From assembly GCF_009617975.1 (NCBI RefSeq), contig NZ_CP040089.1, forward strand, positions 300,001 to 332,000: 32,000 nt of DNA, written 5' to 3'. The notes under the pieces are model-generated. The model was not told the origin of the DNA and ran no database searches. It saw nothing but the letters and a program-made list of their open reading frames with translations. Positions 14,908 through 23,894 of the stretch are shown one piece after another. The stretch is from Candidatus Nanohalobium constans (lineage in GTDB: Archaea; Nanohalarchaeota; Nanosalinia; Nanosalinales; Nanosalinaceae). Position numbers and translations under genes: made by a program. Position 1 is the stretch's first letter. Each line of letters opens with the position of its first letter.

Positions 14908-16035
14908 CTAGAAGGTTGTCAGGCTGCCCTCAACAGCCTTATCACGTATCTCTTCCATATTCTCCAGTTCTCCCTCAACTATGCTTCTTATTTTTTCCTT
15001 GTTTTCTGCTGTGGTCTCGATATGGGCTATCTGCGGTTTTTTAATGGAGCTACCTATCTGAGCCAGCAGTTTAACCTGTGTGAAGCTGTCTGTCGCGTCA
15101 CTTATCTTTTCAGAGATTGATTTAGCCTTCAAGTTGTATATTTTACCTACATGGGTAACAGGGTTTTTTCCTGAGGCTGCTTCCATGCTCATTGAACGGT
15201 TGGGTGTTATCAAGCCGTTAACGCGGTTTCCTCGTCCGACAGATCCGTCGTCTCCCATTTCCGCTGATGTACCGGTCTCTGTGATGTAGATTGAGTCTTC
15301 TTCGTAGTTGTCGGCAGTATTGACATTTACTTCGACCTCTTCAAACTCTGATTCCTCTTCAGCAAACTCTCCGATCCTGCTAATCACTTGTTTATACTCT
15401 TCTAGGCTGTTTATTCTATTGCTGATGACTGCTGCAGCTACTGTGATCTGTTTTTCATTTTTTCTTCTGGCTCCCATTACTTTGACATCTTCTCCAACTT
15501 CTTCTACTTCTTCAGGCAGTTTGTTGGCTATGTTTAATACGGTTTTCTCCATTTCTGAGAGCGGTGCGTGACCTACTCCGAAACTTGTATCGTTTGAGGA
15601 AAGCTCTTCGTAGACTTGTTCCAGATCAGTAGAAGTCTCTCCAATCTTGCTTTCTATCTTGAAGTTTTTGGGACTCAACTCTTTGAAGTTCTCTTCAATG
15701 TATTTCTTGGCTGTTTCTACTGCTATTTCGTCTACCGGTATTTTTTCTCCTTTGAATTCTTTGGTGGCGCGACCTGTCAGCAGCAGATAGATTTTTTCAT
15801 TGATTTCTCCGCCGCCTATCTCTGGGCTGGAGTCTCCTGCTACTAATTGTACTTCGTCAGTGTTGTGGTGCAGGATTTTTCCGAATCGGTTGATGTATTC
15901 CTGGCAGAGTGCCTGAGAGATTGACTCTGCTACTCCATCGCATATTGAGTCTGGGTGTCCTATTCCTTTTCTTTCGACGATTTCGACTGCGTTGTCCTTT
16001 ACCGGGTCTTTTTCTATTTTCTCTATTTCTATCAT
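14908..16035 (-). CDS. metK: Archaeal-type S-adenosylmethionine synthetase (MAT)
   Basis: 375 aa. [39 protein letters not shown] and [48 protein letters not shown] closely match the archaeal MAT family as I recall the M. jannaschii enzyme. Confidence 0.92.
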   Translation of the reverse strand: MIEIEKIEKDPVKDNAVEIVERKGIGHPDSICDGVAESISQALCQEYINRFGKILHHNTDEVQLVAGDSSPEIGGGEINEKIYLLLTGRATKEFKGEKIPVDEIAVETAKKYIEENFKELSPKNFKIESKIGETSTDLEQVYEELSSNDTSFGVGHAPLSEMEKTVLNIANKLPEEVEEVGEDVKVMGARRKNEKQITVAAAVISNRINSLEEYKQVISRIGEFAEEESEFEEVEVNVNTADNYEEDSIYITETGTSAEMGDDGSVGRGNRVNGLITPNRSMSMEAASGKNPVTHVGKIYNLKAKSISEKISDATDSFTQVKLLAQIGSSIKKPQIAHIETTAENKEKIRSIVEGELENMEEIRDKAVEGSLTTF

Positions 16036-16619
16036 TGTCTTTTCTCCCTGTCTAGTCGTGATCCTGTTGCTCCTGTCTGTCCCATGTATTTTGTATCTTT
16101 TTTCTCGCCGTAAGGATTCTCTGCTTCGTCTGTCATTGTTTCAAACACTAATTGGCAGACTCTTTCCTCTGGATAAAGTTTTACCGGTGCGTTACCTAGG
16201 TTCTGGATTTCCAGCGTTATGTCTCCTTCGAACCCGGGGTCTATGTAGCCGGCCGTTGCGTGGACTATGATTCCGAGTCTGCCATAGCTGCTGCGCCCTT
16301 CTACCCGTGCGACCAGGTTTGAGGGACAGTTTACTGTTTCCAGTGTGCTTCCGAGGATGAATTCTCCGGGGTGGACGATTACTCCTTCTTCTGCGCTGTG
16401 TTTTTCTTTTTTCATGTAGTTTGAGTATTTTTTCATGTCTTTGGTGTCTACCATTTCGACTTTCCTTGTGTTGAGTACTCCGAATTCGTATCCCAGTCTC
16501 AGGTCCATGCTTGAGGGTCCGATCTGCAGTTCTTCGTCTATCTCCGGTCCTTCTTCAACATAGGCTGCGTTGTTTTCGTTGACAATTCTCTTGATTTCTT
16601 TGTCGGGTAGAATAGCCAT
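16032..16619 (-). CDS. dcd: dCTP deaminase (possibly the bifunctional dCTP deaminase/dUTPase type)
   Basis: 195 aa with MAILPDKEIK, GPSSMDLRLG, GRSSYGRLGI and GYIDPGFEGDITLEIQNLG. Its stop overlaps the metK start as ATGA (16032-16035). Confidence 0.9.
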   Translation of the reverse strand: MAILPDKEIKRIVNENNAAYVEEGPEIDEELQIGPSSMDLRLGYEFGVLNTRKVEMVDTKDMKKYSNYMKKEKHSAEEGVIVHPGEFILGSTLETVNCPSNLVARVEGRSSYGRLGIIVHATAGYIDPGFEGDITLEIQNLGNAPVKLYPEERVCQLVFETMTDEAENPYGEKKDTKYMGQTGATGSRLDREKRQ

Positions 16620-16640
16620 GGAAATCTTTCCGGCTCACAG

Positions 16641-16650
16641 ATTTTTATTC
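16641..16650. promoter_or_regulatory. Single TATA-like element centred in the 51-nt divergent dcd / secreted-protein spacer
   Basis: atttttattc lies about 22-31 nt from the dcd ATG (16619) and about 21-30 nt from the ATG at 16671. Confidence 0.45.
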
Positions 16651-16670
16651 ATTCCCGAACCAAAAAGAGT

Positions 16671-18161
16671 ATGAAAAAATTTCTGGTGGTTTTCGCCCTA
16701 TTGTTTTTAGCTGGAGTGGTTTCAGCACAGGTCAATTATCAGATTGAATCAGATGAATCATCTGTCTATAAAAATACTACAGCGCTTCTTAGCTGCGATG
16801 AAGGATCAACTGACTGTCCTGTTAACAGCTGGACACTCCAGTGGACAGTACCTGAAAACGCAGAGATCCTGCGGATAAATGATACGCAGGGTGAGATAGA
16901 GGATTACACTCGTACAGGAGACAGTATAAGAATTGAGACTAATACAGGTCCAAGGAGGACAACTGAGAAGATACAGATAAACACTGAGGTGGAGTTATCT
17001 GCGGAGGAGCTTGCGCCTGGGCTTTATACAAGAGAGATTTCGCTTTCTGGCTTTCCAGGTGAAGAAACTCAGGGCAGAGCAGAAGTAGACAACCTTCAGT
17101 CGACCAGGATTTCTGAAGGTTTCACAAGGTCTCATGGAAGTAATTCTGCGGTTTTTGAGGGTGAAGGCGCAGGCAGTATCAAGTTAAACTTTGGTGAGGG
17201 GGATGATTCCCGATTCTACTCGTTTTTCGGAGGCGGTGAGGACAATGGTTCGCTTGCCTACCGTGTGGCTGTCGGTACTACTGGATTGAGACAGAGCTAT
17301 GACAGGATCCCGGTAGCTGTTCTACCTGATGAGAGGTACGAAGATGAGGTCGCTCCATGGAGTCAGGGAGAGTACACGGGAGGCGTCATTACCTTGAGGA
17401 AGGCTCTTGGTGAGGATTTTCAGCCGGTCTTGGCTGAGGAAACTGTCCATGCATTCAACGATGAGGCATTGGATTTTGACAGGACCTCTAGTTCCTGGCT
17501 GGATGAAGGGATAGCAGGTTACGCTCAGTCAATGGTTAGGAAAAAACTGGTTGGACCTGAGAAGACTCGCTCAGTTTTCGGAGACGACACTGTCTACTTT
17601 ACTGAAAGGAATGGCTCTCGTTACAGGATAGAAAAACCTTCATCCGGTAATAGAAATGTTTTATGGAACTATTACCAGGAGAATCGTTCCTTTATGCAGA
17701 AATGGAATCCTTCGGAAGTAGAAGCCGATGTCAGAAGTTTTGGGTATGCATACTCCGAACTCATTGTCCGAAACTATGTCTCAAACAATAACTCTGTGAA
17801 TGATCTTTACAGAGAGATTGAAACAGAGGAGCCATTAACCTCGAACAACGAAAAGTGGACTCACTATGGTAATCATCTTGATTTAACTCCTTGCAGGTTT
17901 GATGATAGGGAGAGGTTTGATCAATGTCTTGACAGGGTTAATAACTATGATTATTCTGTGCTTTCCGCCTCTAAAGTTCCTGAGCAGCAGGGAGAGGAGA
18001 TAAGCATTGAGGAGTTGGAGACTCCGAATTACACGGAGAAAGGTTTGAATGCTCTGGATTCAGGGTTCCGGAATCAGGACTTGTTTGAGGAGAGCTGGGC
18101 TAACTCATTAAGAGAATTTGTCCAAGGCATTGTCGATGGTTTGAAGCAGTTCTCTTTTTAA
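16671..18161 (+). CDS. Secreted gluzincin-like (Peptidase_MA-like) protein with a variant EEXXH-X18-E motif
   Basis: The Sec-type signal peptide is MKKFLVVFALLFLAGVVSAQ. AEETVHAFNDEALDFDRTSSSWLDEGIAGYAQ has the exact HEXXH-X18-E spacing and the WL(N/D)EG(F/I)A third-ligand helix of MA-clan peptidases, but the first His is replaced by Glu. Confidence 0.6.
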   Translation: MKKFLVVFALLFLAGVVSAQVNYQIESDESSVYKNTTALLSCDEGSTDCPVNSWTLQWTVPENAEILRINDTQGEIEDYTRTGDSIRIETNTGPRRTTEKIQINTEVELSAEELAPGLYTREISLSGFPGEETQGRAEVDNLQSTRISEGFTRSHGSNSAVFEGEGAGSIKLNFGEGDDSRFYSFFGGGEDNGSLAYRVAVGTTGLRQSYDRIPVAVLPDERYEDEVAPWSQGEYTGGVITLRKALGEDFQPVLAEETVHAFNDEALDFDRTSSSWLDEGIAGYAQSMVRKKLVGPEKTRSVFGDDTVYFTERNGSRYRIEKPSSGNRNVLWNYYQENRSFMQKWNPSEVEADVRSFGYAYSELIVRNYVSNNNSVNDLYREIETEEPLTSNNEKWTHYGNHLDLTPCRFDDRERFDQCLDRVNNYDYSVLSASKVPEQQGEEISIEELETPNYTEKGLNALDSGFRNQDLFEESWANSLREFVQGIVDGLKQFSF

Positions 18162-18185
18162 CCTGTTCTTCCCAGAATAGATTAA

Positions 18186-19118
18186 ATGAGCTCCGAGAAC
18201 TGTTTGGAATGGCTCTACATATTTCTGAAAGGCATGGCGATGGGAGCGGCAGATGCAGTGCCTGGTGTCTCAGGAGGTACAATAGCACTTATTACCGGGA
18301 TATACGAGAGATTTATTCATGCGATAACTTCTGTAGGGTTCGAAGATATAATTGAGGTTCTGGATGGGTTTAGAACTTTGGATTTCTCTGTAATTGTTCA
18401 GAAGTTTGAGGAGGCTGATGGAAGGTTCTTGATGGTGCTTGGAGCAGGGATACTTACCGCGATTCTCACTGTTTTACAGTTAGTACATTATTTGCTGTCT
18501 AACTATGCGGTGTTGACTTATGGATTTTTCTTTGGGTTGATAGCTGCTTCGGTTATTGCGCTTTACCAGAAGATAGAGGTTTCAGAGCTTCAGTCTGTGC
18601 TTGCGGCTGTTACTGGTTTTATTCTTTCTTTCATGGCTTCAGGCTATGCAAGTACTTCTATGGGTCATGGGCTTCCGGTAATTTTTGTGGCTGGTGTGGT
18701 GGCGATTTGTGCAATGGTTTTGCCAGGTATTTCGGGCTCTCTACTTCTGATTATTCTAGGTCAGTATGAGTATATGGTAGGGGCTTTGTCAAAGTTTTTC
18801 GATTCGCTGCTGTCGGGCAATTCTTTAATTGAATCGTCGGTCCCGGTTATTACATTTTCCTCTGGGGCGGTTGTTGGAGTTCTGACGGTTTCACACGTGG
18901 TTAAATGGGCTTTGGAGAACTACAGGGAGATGGCTCTGGTTTTTCTCGTTAGCCTGGTTGCAGGTGCTCTCAGGGCGCCGATAGTTGAAATAGGGAAGGT
19001 TTTGGCTAATACTGATGCTACCTGGGTTTCAGTTATGCCTGAGTTTGCCTCTGCTGCGTTGGCAGGTTTTGCAGCTGTTTTGGTTCTTGACTATAAGGCA
19101 GGGGTTGTTGAGATCTAG
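18186..19118 (+). CDS. DUF368-family membrane protein (candidate polyprenyl-phosphate transporter)
   Basis: 310 aa, polytopic. The N-terminal signature GAADAVPGVSGGTIALITGIYERF is characteristic of DUF368, and a second PGISGS motif appears in the C-terminal half. Confidence 0.8.
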   Translation: MSSENCLEWLYIFLKGMAMGAADAVPGVSGGTIALITGIYERFIHAITSVGFEDIIEVLDGFRTLDFSVIVQKFEEADGRFLMVLGAGILTAILTVLQLVHYLLSNYAVLTYGFFFGLIAASVIALYQKIEVSELQSVLAAVTGFILSFMASGYASTSMGHGLPVIFVAGVVAICAMVLPGISGSLLLIILGQYEYMVGALSKFFDSLLSGNSLIESSVPVITFSSGAVVGVLTVSHVVKWALENYREMALVFLVSLVAGALRAPIVEIGKVLANTDATWVSVMPEFASAALAGFAAVLVLDYKAGVVEI

Positions 19119-19681
19119 TTTCCTTCCAGTGCATCGATTGTTATTGCTGCGGCGAGGATAGCCTCTTTGTTTTCTACTCCTTCGTTGAGATCTATCTCAT
19201 ATCTGTCCTTGATCAAGGTGAAGCTCTGTTTTATGGTTCCGATCTGGTTGTCCTGCGGGTCTTCTATAGTGTATTTGTGTGGTAGCATGTCGAACAGTTC
19301 GTTTAGTCCTCTTAGTATTCCTATAAGCTTTCCTCTGCTTTGAATGGTCGCTATCTCCATCCCGTTCCGGTCCTGTACCTCCCAGGAATGCACAAGAAAG
19401 CTGAAGTTCTTCTTAAGCACAGCCACTTCCTCCCTGGTCTCCGAATCTGTGAGGGCGTAGTCTCCGGCGATATCCATTATCTGCTCTGCTTTAACAGTGA
19501 AGACTTCATTTCCCTCAGGATCAGTAAATGGAAACTCCTCCTTCATTTTGAACATTTTCTGCTTTGTTCTAAGAACTTCTTTGCCTGCAGAATCATATAC
19601 TTTGTAAGCGTTTCTGACAGCTTTCTGCTTCACAGTATAACTGTTGTCTTCAAAATCTATTCTGTTGAGAACTCCAGTCAT
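19115..19681 (-). CDS. LOR / YxjI-like (tubby C-terminal-like fold) protein
   Basis: 188 aa. The repeated pattern Y-x-V-K-Q-K ... Y-K-V-Y-D-x-x-G-K-E-V ... K-Q-K-M-F-K-M ... D-P-E-G-N-E-V resembles LURP-one-related/DUF567 proteins. This assignment is from memory only. Confidence 0.5.
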   Translation of the reverse strand: MTGVLNRIDFEDNSYTVKQKAVRNAYKVYDSAGKEVLRTKQKMFKMKEEFPFTDPEGNEVFTVKAEQIMDIAGDYALTDSETREEVAVLKKNFSFLVHSWEVQDRNGMEIATIQSRGKLIGILRGLNELFDMLPHKYTIEDPQDNQIGTIKQSFTLIKDRYEIDLNEGVENKEAILAAAITIDALEGN

Positions 19682-19715
19682 ATCAACATTTTTTGTGATA
19701 GGGTCTTAAACAACT

Positions 19716-20957
19716 TTACCTTATCCTGTAGCGCATGATCGCTGCTATGCCACCAAGATTCATCAGGCGTTTCCCTTCCTCATGATCAGTGGAAATGATC
19801 TCCAGTTCAGAACTCATCTCCTCAGCTTTCTCACCGAAGACATCGATAATATCTCCGATGTCTTCCAGCTGCATCGCCTCACTGCACTCATCACATTCGA
19901 TAGAATCAGCTATTTCCGGCTTCTCCTCAAATACTTCTTTCTCGTGACCTTGTGGACAGTTATATTTGGCTCTGTAGATGTTCACATCTTCTGAGATCAG
20001 TACTGTTTCCACAGCACCCATTTTCAGCGCTTCTTCTACTTGTTCCAAGCCGTACTCGGATTTTCCGTTCTCCTTGTTCAGGTTGTCGAAGAACTCGTTG
20101 ACCAGGTTTCTCTCCTTGACCACTTGAGAATCTTCTATTGATTCCTCTGCCTTGTCTACAAGTCTGGAGAGCCCTGCTTCTCCTGATACATCCAGGCTTT
20201 TGGTTGCCACGATCTTATCCTGAAGCTCCTGGTGAAGATGATCATCATCGACAAGCTTATCTTTTACAAATCCTGGACCTCCTATGATTAAGCCCAACAA
20301 CTTGTCTTCACGAGCTTTCTTCATGAAGGCGTTCTTTGACTTCTCCGCTATCTCATCAAGGAAAGTCTTCAGCATTTCGTCTCTAAGACGGCTGAATCTC
20401 TGGGCAGACTGCCCTCCTGCTTTTGTTTTTCCCGGAACATTCGATTCCAGGGTGTAAACTGTTTTAATTGAGCTGCCCTGAAGGTAACCAATTGCAGCAT
20501 TGTTCTTATCGGCTACAATCAATCCGTAGACACGGTCGTCTACAATCATTTCCTGTAACGGCTCTAGTACGAATTCTTTGTCACATCTGTAGTGTCTGGA
20601 CTCGATTGGCTGTGGTGGGACTACTTCCCAGATCTTGATGTCTGGGCGTCCTTCTGTTTCCGAGACATTTCCTGCGAAGAAGGCGACGCCGTTTTCCGGT
20701 GGTTCGTGCTCCTCTGAAACCTTTCTACCTATCTTACCAAGAGCATCCTGAACATTGGTCCTTGTATGCTTCGACTTAATGTTCTCAGCTTCAGACTGCT
20801 CGGAAGTAATGAACTCTGAGATCTTCGACATGTCGTATCCAGCAGGAATATAAAGCGAAACAAGTTCAGTATTTCTACCCCTAATATCCTCAAGCTCTTT
20901 CAACAGCTTCTTCAACTGGTACTTATTCATTCCTACCTGATTTTCATCATCTGTCAT
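19716..20957 (-). CDS. prf1: Peptide chain release factor aRF1
   Basis: 413 aa with the NIKS codon-recognition motif (AENIKSK) and the GGQ motif (KAGGQSAQRF). The overall e/aRF1 three-domain length is as expected. Confidence 0.95.
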   Translation of the reverse strand: MTDDENQVGMNKYQLKKLLKELEDIRGRNTELVSLYIPAGYDMSKISEFITSEQSEAENIKSKHTRTNVQDALGKIGRKVSEEHEPPENGVAFFAGNVSETEGRPDIKIWEVVPPQPIESRHYRCDKEFVLEPLQEMIVDDRVYGLIVADKNNAAIGYLQGSSIKTVYTLESNVPGKTKAGGQSAQRFSRLRDEMLKTFLDEIAEKSKNAFMKKAREDKLLGLIIGGPGFVKDKLVDDDHLHQELQDKIVATKSLDVSGEAGLSRLVDKAEESIEDSQVVKERNLVNEFFDNLNKENGKSEYGLEQVEEALKMGAVETVLISEDVNIYRAKYNCPQGHEKEVFEEKPEIADSIECDECSEAMQLEDIGDIIDVFGEKAEEMSSELEIISTDHEEGKRLMNLGGIAAIMRYRIR

Positions 20958-20980
20958 AGAAAAACAGTTGTTAGTAAACT

Positions 20981-20990
20981 CTTTTTATTC
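20981..20990 (-). promoter_or_regulatory. TATA-like box upstream of prf1
   Basis: The reverse complement, gaataaaaag, lies 24-33 nt upstream of the prf1 ATG (20955-20957). Confidence 0.4.
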
Positions 20991-21024
20991 ATGCACGAAA
21001 TAAGATGGAGAAAGAAAGTAGAGT

Positions 21025-23616
21025 TTACTGGATGATGATTATACAGCCATCAGTCTCCAGCATCTCTCCTTCTCCCGTGTAGGTCACTTCTTCTCTGACC
21101 TCGAATTCTTCTGCTTTCAGGTGTTCTCCAGCTACTTCCAGCCTTGCTCCATCCAGCATCCATTCCTCGTTCTCCAGTGCTTCTTCTATTTCTCCCACTT
21201 TGTCGCCGTACTTTGGTCCAGCTTTGGAGTAGTCAAGGGAGATCTCAACTACTTTCTTCTCGGTCTCAGGCTCCTCCTCTAGATTCTCAAGCTCTTGGAC
21301 ATGCATTACTTCCTTGATTGCCTCGTCCATGCCTGAGATGTTTCCGAAGATCTGGACATGTTCTATTTCTTCGTTGAGACTCATCTGGTTGCTGGACTTG
21401 TACTTACGCAGTGCAGAAATAACCTGCATTGCGTTTTCTCCTGCTTCCAGATCTGCATCTTCGCCCGAAGTTTCTGGCCAGCTTGATGTGTGGATGCTGT
21501 TGCCTGAGTACATTTCGTTCCAGATTTCTTCTGTGATGTGGCTTAGGAGCGGTGCAAACAGCTTTATGAACTTCCTATGTGCTGTCCGTAGTGTGTACTG
21601 GGCTGATTGGCTTTCTTCTGCGTCGAGTCTCTGTTTGGTGATTTCTAGGTAGTCTCCGCAGAATGTGTCCCAGAAGAAGCTTCTGAGTTCGTCTCGTGCT
21701 TTGGAGAATTCGTAGTTCTCCATTTGCTCTGTCAGGTCTTCGATTAGTTCGTCCTGTTCTGCTAGCATCCAGGCGTCGATTTCCTCAAGGTTTTCTGGCT
21801 TCTTTGGGTTTTCTTCTGTCAGCTGATCGACTAGTTTCGATGCGTTCCAGATCTTCCGCATCAGCTTCTCTCCAGACTCCAGTTCTTTCTCTTTGAATGG
21901 GAAGTCGTTGCCGACCTTTGAGCCTGCTGCCCAGTACCGTGCTGCATCGACTGGGAACTCTTCGAGGACTTCTGCTGGTGCGACGACATTTCCTTTCGAC
22001 TTGGACATTTTCTCCCTGTGTTCGTCAAGGACATGTCCGTGGTTCATCGTTGACTGGAATGGAACCTCTCCTGTATGTTCGTAGCACTTGACGACTGTGT
22101 GGAACAGCCAGAAACTGATGATGTCGTGGCCTTCTGGACGCAGGTTGAATGGGTAAAGTTCTTCCCTTCCCATTTCGAACTCTTCATCCTGTTCGTCCCA
22201 GTCCCAGTGAGCGTTGATTAATGGAGTCAAGCTGGATGTTGCCCAGGTGTCAAAGACATCTTCCTCAGCTCTGAACTCTTCTCCACCACATTCCGGACAT
22301 TCATGTACTGGTGGTTCGTCTTCTATTGGATCAACTGGGAGATTCTCTTTTTCTGCAACTATCTCCTCTCCACAGTCTTTGCAGTACCAGACTGGGAAGG
22401 GGATTCCACTGTCTCTCTGTCTGCTGATGCACCAGTCCCACTCCAGTCCTTCGATCCAATGCTCATAACGAGTATGCATCTTCTCAGGGAACCAGTCCAT
22501 CTGTTCTCCGGCATCCAGGTACTTTTCTTTCCTGTCAAGCAGCTTGATGTACCACTGCTCGGTGACCCGGAACTCGATATCTTCATCACATCGCTCATGA
22601 ACCTGGACATCATGAGTAATTGCCTCACGATCCAAGAGAAGACCTTCATCATCTAGGTCCTCAACGATTGCTTCACGAGCTTCATGAGTGCTCATCCCCT
22701 CATACTTTCCAGCAAGCTCTGTCATCGTACCGGATTCATCGATGGCGACTTTCAGGTCGAGGTCGTGTGCCTGATACCATTCGATGTCGGTCTGATCTCC
22801 GAATGTACAACACATTACTACGCCTGAGCCTTTCTCCATGTCAACCCGTTCATCTTCAATAATCGGTACTTCGTGTCCAAACAATGGAACTTCTGCCTTC
22901 TCTCCGACTAAATTATCATTTGTCTCGTCCTCAGGGTGGACAAAAATCGCGACACAAGCAGGGATTAACTCTGGTCTTGTTGTTGAAATAATGATTGAAC
23001 CGTTTCCGGTTGCTAATTCAAACTCGATATCGTTGAAGTGAGAGTCTCGCTCTGCGTCCTCTGTCTCAACCTGAGAAATCGCAGTTTCACATTCTGGACA
23101 CCAGATTGCCGGTGCCTTCTTTCTGTATTCTCGGTCTTTTTCGTAGAGGTCTATGAATGAGAGCTGGGAGATTCTCTGGACTCTTGGTTCGATTGTCTTG
23201 TATGTATTTGTCCAGTCATGGCTGATTCCAAGGCTCTGCATGTTGTTCGTGAACTTCTCTTCGTATTCCTGGCAGACTTCCCGACATTTTTCTTGGAACT
23301 CTCGCCTTGTGAAATCCTGATGTCTTATTCCTAGTTCTGATTCTGTAAGTCTTTCTGAGGCGATTCCGTTGTCGTCGTAGCCGAATGGCTGGAAGACTTT
23401 CTTTCCACGCATTCTCTGGAACCTTGCCTGGAAGTCCTGCAGTGTCTGACCGTAAAGATGCCCCATGTGAAGGCTTCCGGATACAGTTGGTGGTGGCGTG
23501 TCTATTGAGAATACTTCTTCGTTGTCGCTGCTTCCGCTGTACTTGTATGTCTGGTTTTCAACCCATTTTTCCTGCCATTTCTCTTCAACTGCTTCCGGAC
23601 TGTATTCGCCTTCCAT
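21025..23616 (-). CDS. valS: Valine--tRNA ligase
   Basis: 863 aa. The class I signatures are PPPTVSGSLHMGH (HIGH) and KMSKSKGN (KMSKS). Zn-knuckle-type CPECETA and CKDC ... CPECGG are present. Length and N-terminus (EEKWQEKW) fit archaeal ValRS rather than IleRS or LeuRS. Confidence 0.88.
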   Translation of the reverse strand: MEGEYSPEAVEEKWQEKWVENQTYKYSGSSDNEEVFSIDTPPPTVSGSLHMGHLYGQTLQDFQARFQRMRGKKVFQPFGYDDNGIASERLTESELGIRHQDFTRREFQEKCREVCQEYEEKFTNNMQSLGISHDWTNTYKTIEPRVQRISQLSFIDLYEKDREYRKKAPAIWCPECETAISQVETEDAERDSHFNDIEFELATGNGSIIISTTRPELIPACVAIFVHPEDETNDNLVGEKAEVPLFGHEVPIIEDERVDMEKGSGVVMCCTFGDQTDIEWYQAHDLDLKVAIDESGTMTELAGKYEGMSTHEAREAIVEDLDDEGLLLDREAITHDVQVHERCDEDIEFRVTEQWYIKLLDRKEKYLDAGEQMDWFPEKMHTRYEHWIEGLEWDWCISRQRDSGIPFPVWYCKDCGEEIVAEKENLPVDPIEDEPPVHECPECGGEEFRAEEDVFDTWATSSLTPLINAHWDWDEQDEEFEMGREELYPFNLRPEGHDIISFWLFHTVVKCYEHTGEVPFQSTMNHGHVLDEHREKMSKSKGNVVAPAEVLEEFPVDAARYWAAGSKVGNDFPFKEKELESGEKLMRKIWNASKLVDQLTEENPKKPENLEEIDAWMLAEQDELIEDLTEQMENYEFSKARDELRSFFWDTFCGDYLEITKQRLDAEESQSAQYTLRTAHRKFIKLFAPLLSHITEEIWNEMYSGNSIHTSSWPETSGEDADLEAGENAMQVISALRKYKSSNQMSLNEEIEHVQIFGNISGMDEAIKEVMHVQELENLEEEPETEKKVVEISLDYSKAGPKYGDKVGEIEEALENEEWMLDGARLEVAGEHLKAEEFEVREEVTYTGEGEMLETDGCIIIIQ

Positions 23617-23862
23617 TATTGTTTAAACCTCATAGAAACAGCTTCTCGAGTAGCTTTAAATCCATTTTTCAGGCAGCGAAAACCAGCCGAACAGAGATTT
23701 AAGCTAGAGTTGGGACTGTTTAGAAGATTTTGATAATCCTGAATCTCATTGAGATTCAAGGTCGCAGAAGCCATCTGGCTTCGAGTTCGTCTTGTGCCGT
23801 ACAAAACGGTCACCTGTAGTTGATAGGGTCATAGTAATCAGTTCTGATTTCTCAGCCGATTC

Positions 23863-23870
23863 TTTTATTA
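23863..23870 (+). promoter_or_regulatory. TATA-like box upstream of the metallophosphoesterase gene
   Basis: ttttatta lies 25-32 nt upstream of ATG 23895. Confidence 0.4.
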
Positions 23871-23894
23871 GCTTCGTAAGTAGAGCGTAGAAGC

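Noticed and set aside
23616-23813. A 65-aa ORF on the - strand in the valS upstream spacer.
   Set aside because: It has no TATA box or Shine-Dalgarno site at a sensible distance and its composition is not acidic like the real proteins here. It overlaps hairpin-rich non-coding sequence and is probably spurious.
23700-23850. Possible C/D-box sRNA or tRNA in the long spacer (TGATAA / CTGA-like words, GGCTTCGAG resembling a T-arm).
   Set aside because: The spacing between C-like and D-like boxes does not fit the 12-nt guide architecture. No acceptor, D or anticodon arm set could be folded by eye on either strand.
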